Below the pieces are notes generated by a model, which was given only the letters and a program-made list of their open reading frames with translations, searched no databases and was not told the DNA's origin. 64,000 nt of DNA from a virus. Location of the stretch: positions 2,961 through 66,960 of the IMG/VR virus record IMGVR_UViG_3300037264_004281. One strand, given 5' to 3'. How positions within the stretch are numbered: the first letter of the stretch is position 1; each line of letters begins with the position of its first letter. Shown here piece after piece: positions 29,553 through 40,700 of this stretch. Position numbers and translations under genes: made by a program.

Positions 29553-30148
29553 TATTAAACGAAGCATATATTCCAAAACAAGTAGTACCTGAAGTTGTTC
29601 AGATTCCATATAAAAAAGTTAATTTAAATACTTTGCAAGTGATCGTGGATAAAGAAGAATACGAAATGTGTGAAACATCTTCCAAAAATATGTGGGCAAA
29701 TTCAAAAAAAGGATTGTGGGGAAGAGGGTATATAAATACGGAAGATGATCCAAGACGAGTAGAAAGAGTCGGAAGATTGGGTGAAATGGCACTATGTAAA
29801 ATATCTAATACTCCTATTGATTTATCGTATGTTTCTGGGGGAGATAAACATGACACAATAGTTAAGAACAAAAGTATTAATGTTAAAACGGCTATAAAAT
29901 TATATGGTGTTGTAATGATTAGATGTGAAATGTATGGAAGAACTATTCCATTAAAGTCTGATTTTTATGTTTTTTGTTATTTGTCAGCGGAAAATAAAAA
30001 TGAAAAAAGAGCTATATTAAATATTTTAGGATATTTACCAAAATCTGAATTGATTAAAAAAGAAAAAATTTCTAGAAGAGAATGGGTTAACTATGAGTGT
30101 CCTTATAATGAATTAAAAGATGTTAATGAATTAATTAAAAATGAATAA
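29549..30148 (+). CDS. Putative PD-(D/E)XK-fold nuclease-like protein
   Basis: GRLGEMA...GDKHD....SINVKT...DFYVF pattern; overlaps the primase and methylase genes. Confidence 0.5.
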   Translation: MILNEAYIPKQVVPEVVQIPYKKVNLNTLQVIVDKEEYEMCETSSKNMWANSKKGLWGRGYINTEDDPRRVERVGRLGEMALCKISNTPIDLSYVSGGDKHDTIVKNKSINVKTAIKLYGVVMIRCEMYGRTIPLKSDFYVFCYLSAENKNEKRAILNILGYLPKSELIKKEKISRREWVNYECPYNELKDVNELIKNE

Positions 30149-31025
30149 AATAAAGACAAAAATCACTCCGGTTAGATATCCTGGCGGAAAATCGAACGCT
30201 TTAAAATTTCTCAATAATTATCTTCCGAAAGATTTTGAAGAATATAGAGAACCTTTTTTTGGAGGAGGGTCTGTTGGTCTATATCTTATGCAAACTTGTA
30301 AAAATGCTACATATCATATTAATGATTTATTTTATCCAGTATATTGTTTTTGGAAAATTTTGTATGAAGATCCAACGAGTATGGTTGAGTTTCTTTTAAA
30401 GAAAAAGAAATTGTATTCTAATCATACTGATGCCAAAGAACTTCATTCATGGTGCCGAACAAATATAGATGGAGCATCTGAATTTGATACTGCTTGTCTT
30501 TGGTATATTCTTAATAAAACATCATATTCTGGAATGTCTATGATTGGTTCTTATGCTAAACAGGCATGGGATCAGAATTTTAGTGAAAATTGTATTGCCA
30601 ATCTTCCCAAAGTATCTGATTTAATGCATAGTGTAGAAAATGTAAAAATTACAAATGATGATTATGTATCATTACTTAATAACAATGGAAAAAATGTATT
30701 TATTTTTCTCGATCCTCCGTATAAAATTCCACATAGCTTGTATGGAAAAGATGGAGAATTGCATAGAGCATTTAATCATCAAAAATTTCTAAATAATATT
30801 AAAGATTGTAATCATAAATGGATGATTACATATAATGATGATTTCGATATTAAGCAATGGTATTCGGAATATAAGCAATTACCATGGTCATTGACTTATA
30901 CAATGAAATCTGCTGAGAGAACAGAAAATATAGCTACAATAAAAGCTGGAAATTTAGCAAGAGAAAATAATAGAACTGAAAAAACAGGAAAAGAAGGAAA
31001 AGAACTTCTTATTTGGAATTGGTAA
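30141..31025 (+). CDS. dam: DNA adenine methyltransferase (Dam/D12 family)
   Basis: RYPGGKS, YREPFFGGGSV, IND, FLDPPY, WMITYND, ELLI; target sequence not determinable from sequence. Confidence 0.92.
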   Translation: MNKIKTKITPVRYPGGKSNALKFLNNYLPKDFEEYREPFFGGGSVGLYLMQTCKNATYHINDLFYPVYCFWKILYEDPTSMVEFLLKKKKLYSNHTDAKELHSWCRTNIDGASEFDTACLWYILNKTSYSGMSMIGSYAKQAWDQNFSENCIANLPKVSDLMHSVENVKITNDDYVSLLNNNGKNVFIFLDPPYKIPHSLYGKDGELHRAFNHQKFLNNIKDCNHKWMITYNDDFDIKQWYSEYKQLPWSLTYTMKSAERTENIATIKAGNLARENNRTEKTGKEGKELLIWNW

Positions 31026-31029
31026 TTAT

Positions 31030-34000
31030 ATGATAAGGATATTATCTACAAAAACACCAAAGTTTACTCATATATTTCATGTCGCGGATATTCATATTCG
31101 TCTAAATAAACGACATGACGAATACAAAGAGGTATTTAGCGAACTTTATAAAGAAATAAAACAAACGCCAGAGACAACGATCATTGCTGTATTGGGAGAT
31201 GTATTTCATTCAAAATCTGATTTATCGCCAGAATGCGTGCAAATGGCATCTGATTTTTTTGTCTCTCTTGCTAATATTCGTCCTACAGTTCTTATTGCCG
31301 GTAATCACGATTGTACACTGATGAATAAAAATCGTTTGGATAGTTTAACTCCAATCGTGGATGCATTAAATCATCCAAATTTCTTTTATTTTAAAAATAC
31401 TGGATTATATGGATTTGGAAATATATTATTTAACGTAATGGGAGTTTTTGATTCTGTAGATAAATACATTCATGGAAAAGACATTCCCCCTATTTATCGT
31501 AATCAATATGAACATGTTATAGCATTATTTCACGGTCCTATAGATGGAGCTTCATTAGAAACTGGATTTAGAATTAGTAATCCATCTGTTATGGTTCCTC
31601 TCTTTGATAATCACGATATGGCATTGTTGGGAGATATTCATAATAAACAAGATATGCAAGATTATATTCCCGACGAATGTAAACCTTGTATTCATTATCC
31701 TGGCAGCTTGATACAACAAACCCACGGAGAATCTCTTAAAAACCACGGATATTCTCTATGGAATTTAGCAACTCGTTCTTATAATTTTTATGAAGTTCCA
31801 AATAATTATGGATACTTTACAATAGAAATTAATAAAGGGCAACTCATAACTAATTTAGATAGTTTACCCAAAAAAGTAAGATTAAGAGTTAAATGTCTCG
31901 AAACTATAGCGGGAGAAGTAAAAACAGTTATTGCTTCTATCAAATCTAAAAATGAAGTGATAGAAACAACTTATATTAGGATGGACCAAGAAAAAGATAA
32001 AAAATCTCTTACAATTTGTAAAAATATTGTTCTTACCGACCTTCAAGGTGTAACTTATCAAGGAAAACTTCTTGCCGAATATCTTAAAGAAAAACATAAA
32101 ATAACAGATGAGAATAAAATCAAAGATATATTGGAAATTAATAAAAAAACTAATGGGTTGATTAAAAAAGATGAATTTTCCAGAAATTTAAAATGGAAAC
32201 CTATACGTTTTGAATTTGATAATATGTTTTCTTATGGGGAAGGCAACGTTATAGATTTTACTGGAATGAACGGTGTTTATGGTATTTTTGGTCCTAATAA
32301 ATCTGGAAAATCTAGTTTGTTATCCGCAATGACGTTTTGTCTATTTGATAAATTTGATAGAGGATTTAAAGGATTACACGTAAGAAATGTAGAAAAATCC
32401 GGATTTAAATGTAAATTTGAATTGGAAATTTCGGGGATCAGATACTTCATACAGCGCACGGGGGAGACAATGCGGGGAGGGAATGTTAAGGTTGACGTAA
32501 AGTTTTGGAGAGTAAAAAATGATATAGAGGAAGAATTACATGGAAATGCTAGAAGAGATACAAATGAAGTTATTAGAGATTATATTGGAAGTTATGAAGA
32601 TTTTATCCTAACTGTATTATCAGTTCAATCTTCTAAAAATAATATATCTTTCGTTGATATGGGACACGCGGAAAGAAAAGATCTTTTGGTTCAATTTATT
32701 GGGTTGAATATTTTTGATAGATTACAAGAATCTGCGGCAGAACGTAATAAAGAACTTAATACTTTATTAAAAATACATAAAGATAAGAATTATACATTCG
32801 AAAAAACAGAAATTGAAGAAGCTTTGGTAAGAACTAAAGGTCTATTTGATGAAACTAAAAAAACAACTGATGATCTTCAAAAACAAATTGTTGATGTTAA
32901 TGAGCAGATTGTAAAAGAAACACAGAATATCATAAAATTAGATGATGATATTCCTGTTAATTTAAATGCATTAAAAGATAAAAAGATTACAACGGAAAAC
33001 TCAATTAAGCAGAAAAAACAATTAATAGAAACAAATAGAAATTTATTATCAATTGTAGATGAAAAATTGGATGGAATAAATATAAAAATTTCAGAGATAG
33101 AAGCGTCTGATTTGGTAGAAAATCATAAAAATTATAAAACAGTTCAAATTAAAATTAATGAAACAAATCAAAAAATTCAACTTAAGAAAATGGAGGCTAA
33201 AGGAAAGTGGGAGAAAAGTGAAAGATTAAAAACGCACAAATACGATCCCAATTGTAAATTTTGCGTAGATAACGATTTCGTAAGAGATGCTACTAAAGCG
33301 AAAGAAGAATTAGAAGAAGATAAAAAAGTTATTCATTCTTTAATGCAGGCGTTAGAATCGTTAGAAGAAGAAAATAAGAAATATGAATGGGTAGAAAAAA
33401 TCTATGATGAATATACAAAGTTATTAACTAATAAGAGTAAATTGAAAGATGACCAATCTATTTTAACTACAAATCTTTTAACTGATGCAATTGCTTTGGA
33501 AAAATTAGAAACAAGTCTTAGAGAAACTACTAAACAGTTAGAAGTATATTATAGGAATGAAATTTCAGTCCAAAATAATATTAAAGTTAATTCTATTATA
33601 GGAGCATTTAGAGTTTCCTTGGTTCGTCTTGATGTAGAATATCAAAAAAATAATAGAAGTTTATTAGATTTATCAGGAAAGATATCTCAATATGAGGCTA
33701 AAATAAAAGAATTGACAGAAACTTTGGAAAAGATTAAGAATTTAGAATATGAATTTGATTCATACCAACTTTATTTATCTTCTGTTGGAAGGGACGGTAT
33801 ACCTTATGAAGTTATAGTTAACACAGTCCCAGAAATAGAAAAAGAAGTTAATTCTATATTAAATCAAGTTGTTGATTTCACTGTTGAACTTGAAACCGAT
33901 GGTAAAAATGTAATTCCTTATATTGTATATGAGCAAAGAAAATGGCCTATTGAAATGTCGTCTGGATTTGAAAGATTTGTGACATCATTGGCTATTAGAG

Positions 34001-34233
34001 TAGCATTAACTGAAATTTCTAATCTTCCAAAATCCACTTTTTTGTCAATTGATGAAGGTTTCGGGGTATTAGATGGTGATAATATGTCTGGAATGACTAC
34101 TTTATTTTCATATCTAAAAACTAGATTTGATTTTATATTAATTGTATCTCATATAGATGCTCTTAAAGATGCCGTGGACAAACAGATAGAAATAAAACGG
34201 GACGGAAATTTCTCCAAGGTTATTTTTGCATGA
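31030..34233 (+). CDS. Fused SbcD/Mre11-like nuclease and SbcC/Rad50-like ATPase (T4 gp47-gp46-like)
   Basis: ADIH, GDVFH, GNHD, FHG, LGDIH, YPGS; then GPNKSGKS Walker A, coiled coil with CKFC hook, SSGFE, IDEGFG.LD, VSH. Confidence 0.93.
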   Translation: MIRILSTKTPKFTHIFHVADIHIRLNKRHDEYKEVFSELYKEIKQTPETTIIAVLGDVFHSKSDLSPECVQMASDFFVSLANIRPTVLIAGNHDCTLMNKNRLDSLTPIVDALNHPNFFYFKNTGLYGFGNILFNVMGVFDSVDKYIHGKDIPPIYRNQYEHVIALFHGPIDGASLETGFRISNPSVMVPLFDNHDMALLGDIHNKQDMQDYIPDECKPCIHYPGSLIQQTHGESLKNHGYSLWNLATRSYNFYEVPNNYGYFTIEINKGQLITNLDSLPKKVRLRVKCLETIAGEVKTVIASIKSKNEVIETTYIRMDQEKDKKSLTICKNIVLTDLQGVTYQGKLLAEYLKEKHKITDENKIKDILEINKKTNGLIKKDEFSRNLKWKPIRFEFDNMFSYGEGNVIDFTGMNGVYGIFGPNKSGKSSLLSAMTFCLFDKFDRGFKGLHVRNVEKSGFKCKFELEISGIRYFIQRTGETMRGGNVKVDVKFWRVKNDIEEELHGNARRDTNEVIRDYIGSYEDFILTVLSVQSSKNNISFVDMGHAERKDLLVQFIGLNIFDRLQESAAERNKELNTLLKIHKDKNYTFEKTEIEEALVRTKGLFDETKKTTDDLQKQIVDVNEQIVKETQNIIKLDDDIPVNLNALKDKKITTENSIKQKKQLIETNRNLLSIVDEKLDGINIKISEIEASDLVENHKNYKTVQIKINETNQKIQLKKMEAKGKWEKSERLKTHKYDPNCKFCVDNDFVRDATKAKEELEEDKKVIHSLMQALESLEEENKKYEWVEKIYDEYTKLLTNKSKLKDDQSILTTNLLTDAIALEKLETSLRETTKQLEVYYRNEISVQNNIKVNSIIGAFRVSLVRLDVEYQKNNRSLLDLSGKISQYEAKIKELTETLEKIKNLEYEFDSYQLYLSSVGRDGIPYEVIVNTVPEIEKEVNSILNQVVDFTVELETDGKNVIPYIVYEQRKWPIEMSSGFERFVTSLAIRVALTEISNLPKSTFLSIDEGFGVLDGDNMSGMTTLFSYLKTRFDFILIVSHIDALKDAVDKQIEIKRDGNFSKVIFA

Positions 34234-34278
34234 GGATAATACGTATTCCAGTATATTTATTATATACGAAGAATACAT

Positions 34279-37047
34279 ATGGATTTACTGCCAAGTTTTG
34301 GAAAAGAGGGTGTTGCTCTTGGTTTATTAACCAAGAAGGTAGATATTGAAGATACCGAACATCTTTCTAAATATTTCAATGTAGTAGAATTTAACTCTGT
34401 TTTAACCGCAGGGCGTAATCCCGTTGCTTTTAATGGAACTTCTTATTTAAAAGATGGGTCTGAAATTCAAGTTGAATGCATAGATTCTGAAGGAAATTCC
34501 CTCTACATAGAGCGAGCCAAAGCTAAAGATTCCCAGTATACGGATGTAGCGAACTTTGTTATTTCTATTCATGTTTATGATGAAATAGCAAATGGTGGCG
34601 GAAAATTAGCAATTGTTGGTACAACCAAATTAGGAGAAATTGTTAGATGGATAGCGAATATTTCGATAGACAAAACATTAACAAATTCTTCCAAAGTAAG
34701 AATATATAATACTCCTGTATTAGACGTTCGTCCATTACTTTATCCTGTTGTAGATACAGATTTGGCAAAGGTAGAATTTCCTTTACCTCCTCCAAACAGA
34801 ACCGCAACTGCAACTGCCACAATATCTAGTAAAGTTAGTTATATAACTGTTACCAATGGAGGTAGTGGGTATGTATCTACGGATGTTGTAGTTATTGATG
34901 GTGGAGGTGGAAGCGGTGCAACGGCCACATTGGTTGTAGAAGGTGGAATTATTGCAGCAATAACTGTTACTAATGGAGGTAGTGGATATATATCTATTCC
35001 AACAGCTACTGTTTTTTCTGCTACTGGAACAGGAGCAGTAGCAGTTATTAATTTATTAAGTATAGTTACTTCTATTACAGTTACTGATGGTGGATTTGGA
35101 TATGTTGATGCCCCTTCTGTTATTATTTCGGGAATAGGCAGCAAGGCCGAGGCATATTCTGTAGTAACTGATGGAGCAGTTACCAATGTAGTCATAACTA
35201 ATCCCGGATTTGGATATTTAACAATTCCTACCGTTATTATTGCAAGTCCCCCAGAACCTCCTCCTCCAGTATTAAATATACCAGTATCTTTTTCTTCCAA
35301 TTTTTATGGAATTGCGGTAGCACCAAAAAAAGATACAAATAAGCAAACTTTGGATAAAAAAAGAATAGATGTTGATTATAGAATTACGCTGACTGATCTA
35401 TCTATAGAAGACGCTCAACCTTCTATGTATCCAACAAATGTGTTTAATACACAAATGGAAGGTGCAACAATAACATTAAATGTCGGGAAAATTCAAGTTC
35501 CCTTTTCTAATACCGAAGCGCAAACAGACATAACATCTTCCTTTACAATAAAAAAGGTAATAGATTATAAAACGGCTATATTAAATACTGCATTTTTTTA
35601 TACAGTTGGAAAAGATCAGATAGTTACGAATATTATTCACGGAATTTGTAATTCTGACTATACTTTTATTCAATATAATACAAATCCAGATTCTACATTA
35701 ACCGTAAAAAATTCTTCAGGTGAAGAGGTAAATGTTAAAGAATCCTATGCTGAAATAACTTATAGAAATCTTAGAACTTATTCTGGTAGAATTGCCAGAC
35801 ACAAACTCTATAGAAAAAGTTTATTTTATCCTGGCGATTTTAAGCTTATTTCAGATGAACCTCTAGGAGCGATAGAGTTATTAGAAGACACAGTTACTTT
35901 TAATAAAGCATATAGTAAAATGGGATATTTTTACCATTTAGCTCATATTTCAAAATATTGGTTTCCAAGTTCAACGGATATAACATTAAACACAAAAAAT
36001 GATCCCATAAATTCGGTTTATATTAAAAGTGATAATTTTTTAAATTTAGATGGACATAAATATATTATTGCTAAGAATGATTCTATAGGAATTATTAATG
36101 ATAGCGTATATTATCCTTATGATCAAGAGCAAGTGGACAGATTATCGGGGGAATCTTATAATTCCAATTTTATAACTTTAAAAAAAGATGCATTATATTC
36201 GTTAACATTTAATCTGGCCGTAGAAAAAGATAAATTGGATAAGAATGCAAAGATTTCTTTTTATTTTACTAGTTCCACGGATGGAATTCAAAAAGAAAAA
36301 ACTTTTGACCTGGAATATGGGATGAAATTGGGGGAAGTAGCAGTTGCAGAGGAAGTTTCTACAAAATATTTTTCTGACAAACAACAGTTATATTTTAGTC
36401 CTACATCAGATTATTATGGAACATTAGTAATAGTTCCATATCATTGCAATATTATACTTTCAGAATTATCTTTTAAAGTTTACGGTGATCACGGATTTTC
36501 TCCAGATGTATTATTTATTAGAATTCCTTTCCCCATCAATGTAAAGAACGAGACATTTGAAATAAGAGCAGAATTATTTGATATTAATTCTAATTTAATA
36601 TATTCTGGATTAAGAGACATAGAAACCTTTGATCCTAATGGAGAAAGTTTATTTATACTTCAATCTCAATCGGGAGTTTCAGATATTTTTGATGCTATTG
36701 ATATAATTGTTAATGACAATGGAGAAACCGATATTCACTTCCCGAGTAATAGTCTTACTATAGATGGAGATGTATTTTTAGATTTGGATTTAAATGAAGA
36801 GGATCCTCAGAGATTTGTAGGATGGAAATATCCAGTAGGTGAAAATCCGGGTCAACTTGTTTATACAAATGTTGCAAAATTGATAGTACTTAATAGCGAT
36901 TATATTGAATTAACATCAGTTCAATCTGGAGTTGAATATAAAGAAAAGGCACTGGCTATTAAGTACGATGGTGCGGCAAGCGTAGGGAGAAGAATATATG
37001 TAATTGAAGATGGTAGTTTAAGTGGAATTAAAGTTAAATTACCTTAA
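34279..37047 (+). CDS. Large structural protein with an ITVTNGGSGY-repeat insert
   Basis: Four (I/V)T(V/I)T(N/D)(G/P)G.GY repeats flanked by Pro-rich linkers; preceded by ATATTTAT. Confidence 0.65.
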   Translation: MDLLPSFGKEGVALGLLTKKVDIEDTEHLSKYFNVVEFNSVLTAGRNPVAFNGTSYLKDGSEIQVECIDSEGNSLYIERAKAKDSQYTDVANFVISIHVYDEIANGGGKLAIVGTTKLGEIVRWIANISIDKTLTNSSKVRIYNTPVLDVRPLLYPVVDTDLAKVEFPLPPPNRTATATATISSKVSYITVTNGGSGYVSTDVVVIDGGGGSGATATLVVEGGIIAAITVTNGGSGYISIPTATVFSATGTGAVAVINLLSIVTSITVTDGGFGYVDAPSVIISGIGSKAEAYSVVTDGAVTNVVITNPGFGYLTIPTVIIASPPEPPPPVLNIPVSFSSNFYGIAVAPKKDTNKQTLDKKRIDVDYRITLTDLSIEDAQPSMYPTNVFNTQMEGATITLNVGKIQVPFSNTEAQTDITSSFTIKKVIDYKTAILNTAFFYTVGKDQIVTNIIHGICNSDYTFIQYNTNPDSTLTVKNSSGEEVNVKESYAEITYRNLRTYSGRIARHKLYRKSLFYPGDFKLISDEPLGAIELLEDTVTFNKAYSKMGYFYHLAHISKYWFPSSTDITLNTKNDPINSVYIKSDNFLNLDGHKYIIAKNDSIGIINDSVYYPYDQEQVDRLSGESYNSNFITLKKDALYSLTFNLAVEKDKLDKNAKISFYFTSSTDGIQKEKTFDLEYGMKLGEVAVAEEVSTKYFSDKQQLYFSPTSDYYGTLVIVPYHCNIILSELSFKVYGDHGFSPDVLFIRIPFPINVKNETFEIRAELFDINSNLIYSGLRDIETFDPNGESLFILQSQSGVSDIFDAIDIIVNDNGETDIHFPSNSLTIDGDVFLDLDLNEEDPQRFVGWKYPVGENPGQLVYTNVAKLIVLNSDYIELTSVQSGVEYKEKALAIKYDGAASVGRRIYVIEDGSLSGIKVKLP

Positions 37048-37113
37048 ATTTGTTGGTTTATAAATTAGTATGTAAATATATATCAGTATGAATTTTACAG
37101 AAAGAAAACAGTT

Positions 37114-37767
37114 ATGAAAAGAGGAATGGGAAAAAGTAATATAGATATTGTAAAAGATTATTTAAACAATCAAAGACCATTTGTCACGATTGGATATGCT
37201 GGAGAAAAAAATAAATATAGAACAGAGGGAGAGACATGGGAAGATTTCAAAGGCATAAAATGGCAAAAAGTAAATGGAAAAAATGTAAAATTAACAAAAA
37301 CTCAAAGCGATATTATAAGAGAGGCCATCGGAACTCGAAAATGTAAATGTGGTCTTGATATAAAATTTGGAAATAGATTTGATCAAAAATTATTTGCAAA
37401 AACGGGAATGTGTCAAGATTGTCTTGTCGAATATGAAACTAATCTTACAATAGCAGGATTGTTCCCTGCTTATGAGCGATATAAATTACTTTCAAATGAA
37501 CTTGGATTGTTGAATGATTTCAAAGAAAAATTAAAAGAAACTATTAGATATTTTGGTAAAGAAGATTCTTCCATAGAAATTTTGTGTAATTCCAGTGGAT
37601 TTCAGGAAAAATTTCATGGAACCAACAAAAAACAAATATTAAAAAATGCGAAAGAAGATTTGAAAAAATTAAACTTAAGATTGTCGGAAGTTAAAAAGAT
37701 GAAATCCTTTGAAAAGAAAAAATTAATGCTGGGGGCAAAGGAATTTAAGATAAAATTATATGTCTAA
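37114..37767 (+). CDS. Hypothetical protein with Cys pairs, upstream of terminase
   Basis: CKC...CQDC; basic; overlaps the terL start. Confidence 0.75.
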   Translation: MKRGMGKSNIDIVKDYLNNQRPFVTIGYAGEKNKYRTEGETWEDFKGIKWQKVNGKNVKLTKTQSDIIREAIGTRKCKCGLDIKFGNRFDQKLFAKTGMCQDCLVEYETNLTIAGLFPAYERYKLLSNELGLLNDFKEKLKETIRYFGKEDSSIEILCNSSGFQEKFHGTNKKQILKNAKEDLKKLNLRLSEVKKMKSFEKKKLMLGAKEFKIKLYV

Positions 37768-40700
37768 TAACCAAGTTTCTTATCAGGATTTAATTAAACA
37801 GGAATATAAAAAATGTTTAGGTTCTCCTGTTTATTTCATGAAAAAATATGTTAAAATTCAACATCCTATAAGAGGAAGTATTTTCTTTGATTTATATCCT
37901 TTTCAACAAGATGCATTACAAGATTTTCATGATTTTAATTTTAATATTATTCTAAAATCTCGTCAAATGGGAATATCTACCCTTGTTGCTGCATATTCTT
38001 TGTGGCAAATGATTTTTAATAAAGATAAAAATATTTTAATTATTTCCTTAAAACAAGAAGTTGCAAAAGAAATTATAACTAAGGTAAGATTTGCCAACGA
38101 CAATTTACCTCCTTGGTTAAAAGTTAAGTGTGATGAAGATAATAGACTGTCGTTAAAATTTGTAAATGGATCTCATATTAGAGCAACATCTACAACTAAA
38201 AAGTCAGGCGTATCGTTGGCACTTTCATTACTCATCATTGATGAAGCCGCTTTAATTGAAGATGCTGGAGAATTGTGGACTTCTGCCCAGCCCACATTAA
38301 GTACTGGAGGGCGCGCCATCATATTGTCTTGTGTAACTAAAAATACAATCGTAATGACGGATAAGGGATTAAAACAAATTGGAGATTTTATTGATAATAA
38401 AAAAATGGGAGGATACGAAATTCAACCATATAGTGTTTTAGGAAAAAATATATTAAGACAAGGAAATTTAATTCAAAATAATGGAATTAAACAAACAAAA
38501 ATAATAAAAACAAAATTTGCAGAGTTAGAATGTACTGAAAACCATAAATTATGGGCATATAAAAATAAAGAAAGTAAGTTTGGGTGGTATAAAAGCGAAG
38601 ATTTAGAAATTGGAGATTATCTTTGCCAACAAATTGGAAAAAGAATATGGGGAAATTCAGATGAAATTGTTGAATTTAATCCAACCATATCATCAAAAAT
38701 TCATTATTCCTTTTATCCTACACAATTTTATCCCGATTTATGTTATTTTTTAGGATTATATATTTCCGAAGGAAGTTCTTATAAAGTATTAAATAAAAAC
38801 GGAAATATGGTTGGAGGATCTATTACTATTACTTGTGGGGATGATATATCTTTAGTGTTTGATAGATTAAATTTATCATATAGTTGTTGGGATAAATTAC
38901 ATTATACAATTTCTAATAAAAATTTAGTAGAATTTATGGAATATATTGGATTTGACTTATCTAAAAAAGCAAATCAAAAAGAAATTCCCAGTAGATTATT
39001 AGAATTGTCTGAAAAAAATATAATATATTTACTCCGTGGGATTTTTGATGGTGATGGGTCCGGAACTAAAGATGGTAGAGTAAATTTAACATCTACTTCA
39101 AAAATATTAATAGATCAAATTAGAATTATTTTATCTAATTTTGGAATTGTTGGATCTGTTTATAAAGAATTAATAGAAAAATTAAACAATAGAAATCATA
39201 AAATAAAATATAATTACGATTCTTATAAATTAGAAATTTGCGGGAGAAATGCTTTAAAATATTACAATTTAATTGGGTTTAATTTAGATAGAAAACAAAA
39301 AAATAAAGATATTTTATTGAAAAAAAATTTAGATCGAGCGTGCAGTAGAGATATTATACCATCTTCCTTGGATTTAATGAAAAAATTAATTAATTTATCG
39401 GAATTAACATTTTATCAAATAAAAAAAGAATATAATTTACAAGTGAATTCTTATTGTAATTCAAAGAAAAAACATAAAACTAATGACATTTCGCGTGATA
39501 ATATTTTATTATTATATAATTTATTTAAAGAAAAATTGTCAGAAGAAGAACAAAACTATTGGGATAAAATTATTGATGAAGATTTGGTTTGGTCTCAAAT
39601 AAAATCTATAGAAAATTCGGAAAATGAAACATTTGATTTTTCTTTACCTTATAACCCAAATGATTTTTGGTGTCATTCTATAATTTATAATTCTATATTA
39701 GGACATCAAACTCCAAGAGGTGTTGGTAATTGGTTCCATAAAATGTGGCAAGGATCGGAAGAAAATAACGATGGAAAAATAGGAAAAAATGGATTTCACC
39801 CGATTAGGATGCCTTGGCATTATCATCCAGAAAGAGATGAAGAATGGAGAAAAATTGAAGGAGAAAAAATTGGAGATCCTAAAAAAGCCTCTCAAGAATT
39901 TGATTGTGATTTCTTGGCATCTGGTGAAAACGTTGTAGATTTGCGTATTATTGAATGGTATAAGAAAAATCGTAAATCTGATCCAGCAGATGTTAGAGGT
40001 GCAGACCATGGATTATGGGTTTGGCAATACCCCGATTATTCAAGAAGTTATATTGTTACAGCAGACGTTGCTCGCGGTGATGGATCTGATTTTTCTGCTT
40101 GTCATGTAATAGATGTAGTAACTTTAGATCAATGTGCCGAATATAAAGGAATGTTAGGAACAAAGGATTTTGGAAATTTTTTGGTTGGACTCTCTACAGA
40201 ATATAATAATGCCTTACTTATTGTAGAACGAGAAAATGTAGGATGGGCAACATTGCAAGCTATTATAGATAGAAATTATCCTAATACTTTTTATAGTTCA
40301 ACCGAACTTAAATATGTTGATGTTCAGCGTCAACTTCAAAATAAATACGATTCGGAAGATAAAAAACTAGTTCCTGGGTTTAGTACAAATATAAAAACTC
40401 GTCCGTTGGTTATAAGTCATCTTGAACAATATTGTCGTGAAGAATTTAACTCTGGATCGGGTATAAAGATTTATTCTCAACGAACATTGTCAGAATTGGA
40501 AACTTTTGTTTGGAAAAATGGTAAAGCACAAGCAATGGAAGGATATAATGATGATTTAGTTATGTCACTTGGTATTGGATTGTGGGTTAGAGATACAGCA
40601 TTAAGATTGCGGCAAGAAGGCATAGACCTTACCAAAGCTACTTTATCACATATAGATATGACAAAAAGCGAAGTAAAGCCTTATTATAAATCCCAAGCAG

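Noticed and set aside
34839-35300. Antisense ORFs 34839..35300, 43305..43685, 52305..52718, 54940..55314, 58614..58886 and other short overlapping ORFs in the track
   Set aside because: Shadows of low-complexity or codon-biased genes on the other strand or frame; no motifs or independent expression signals
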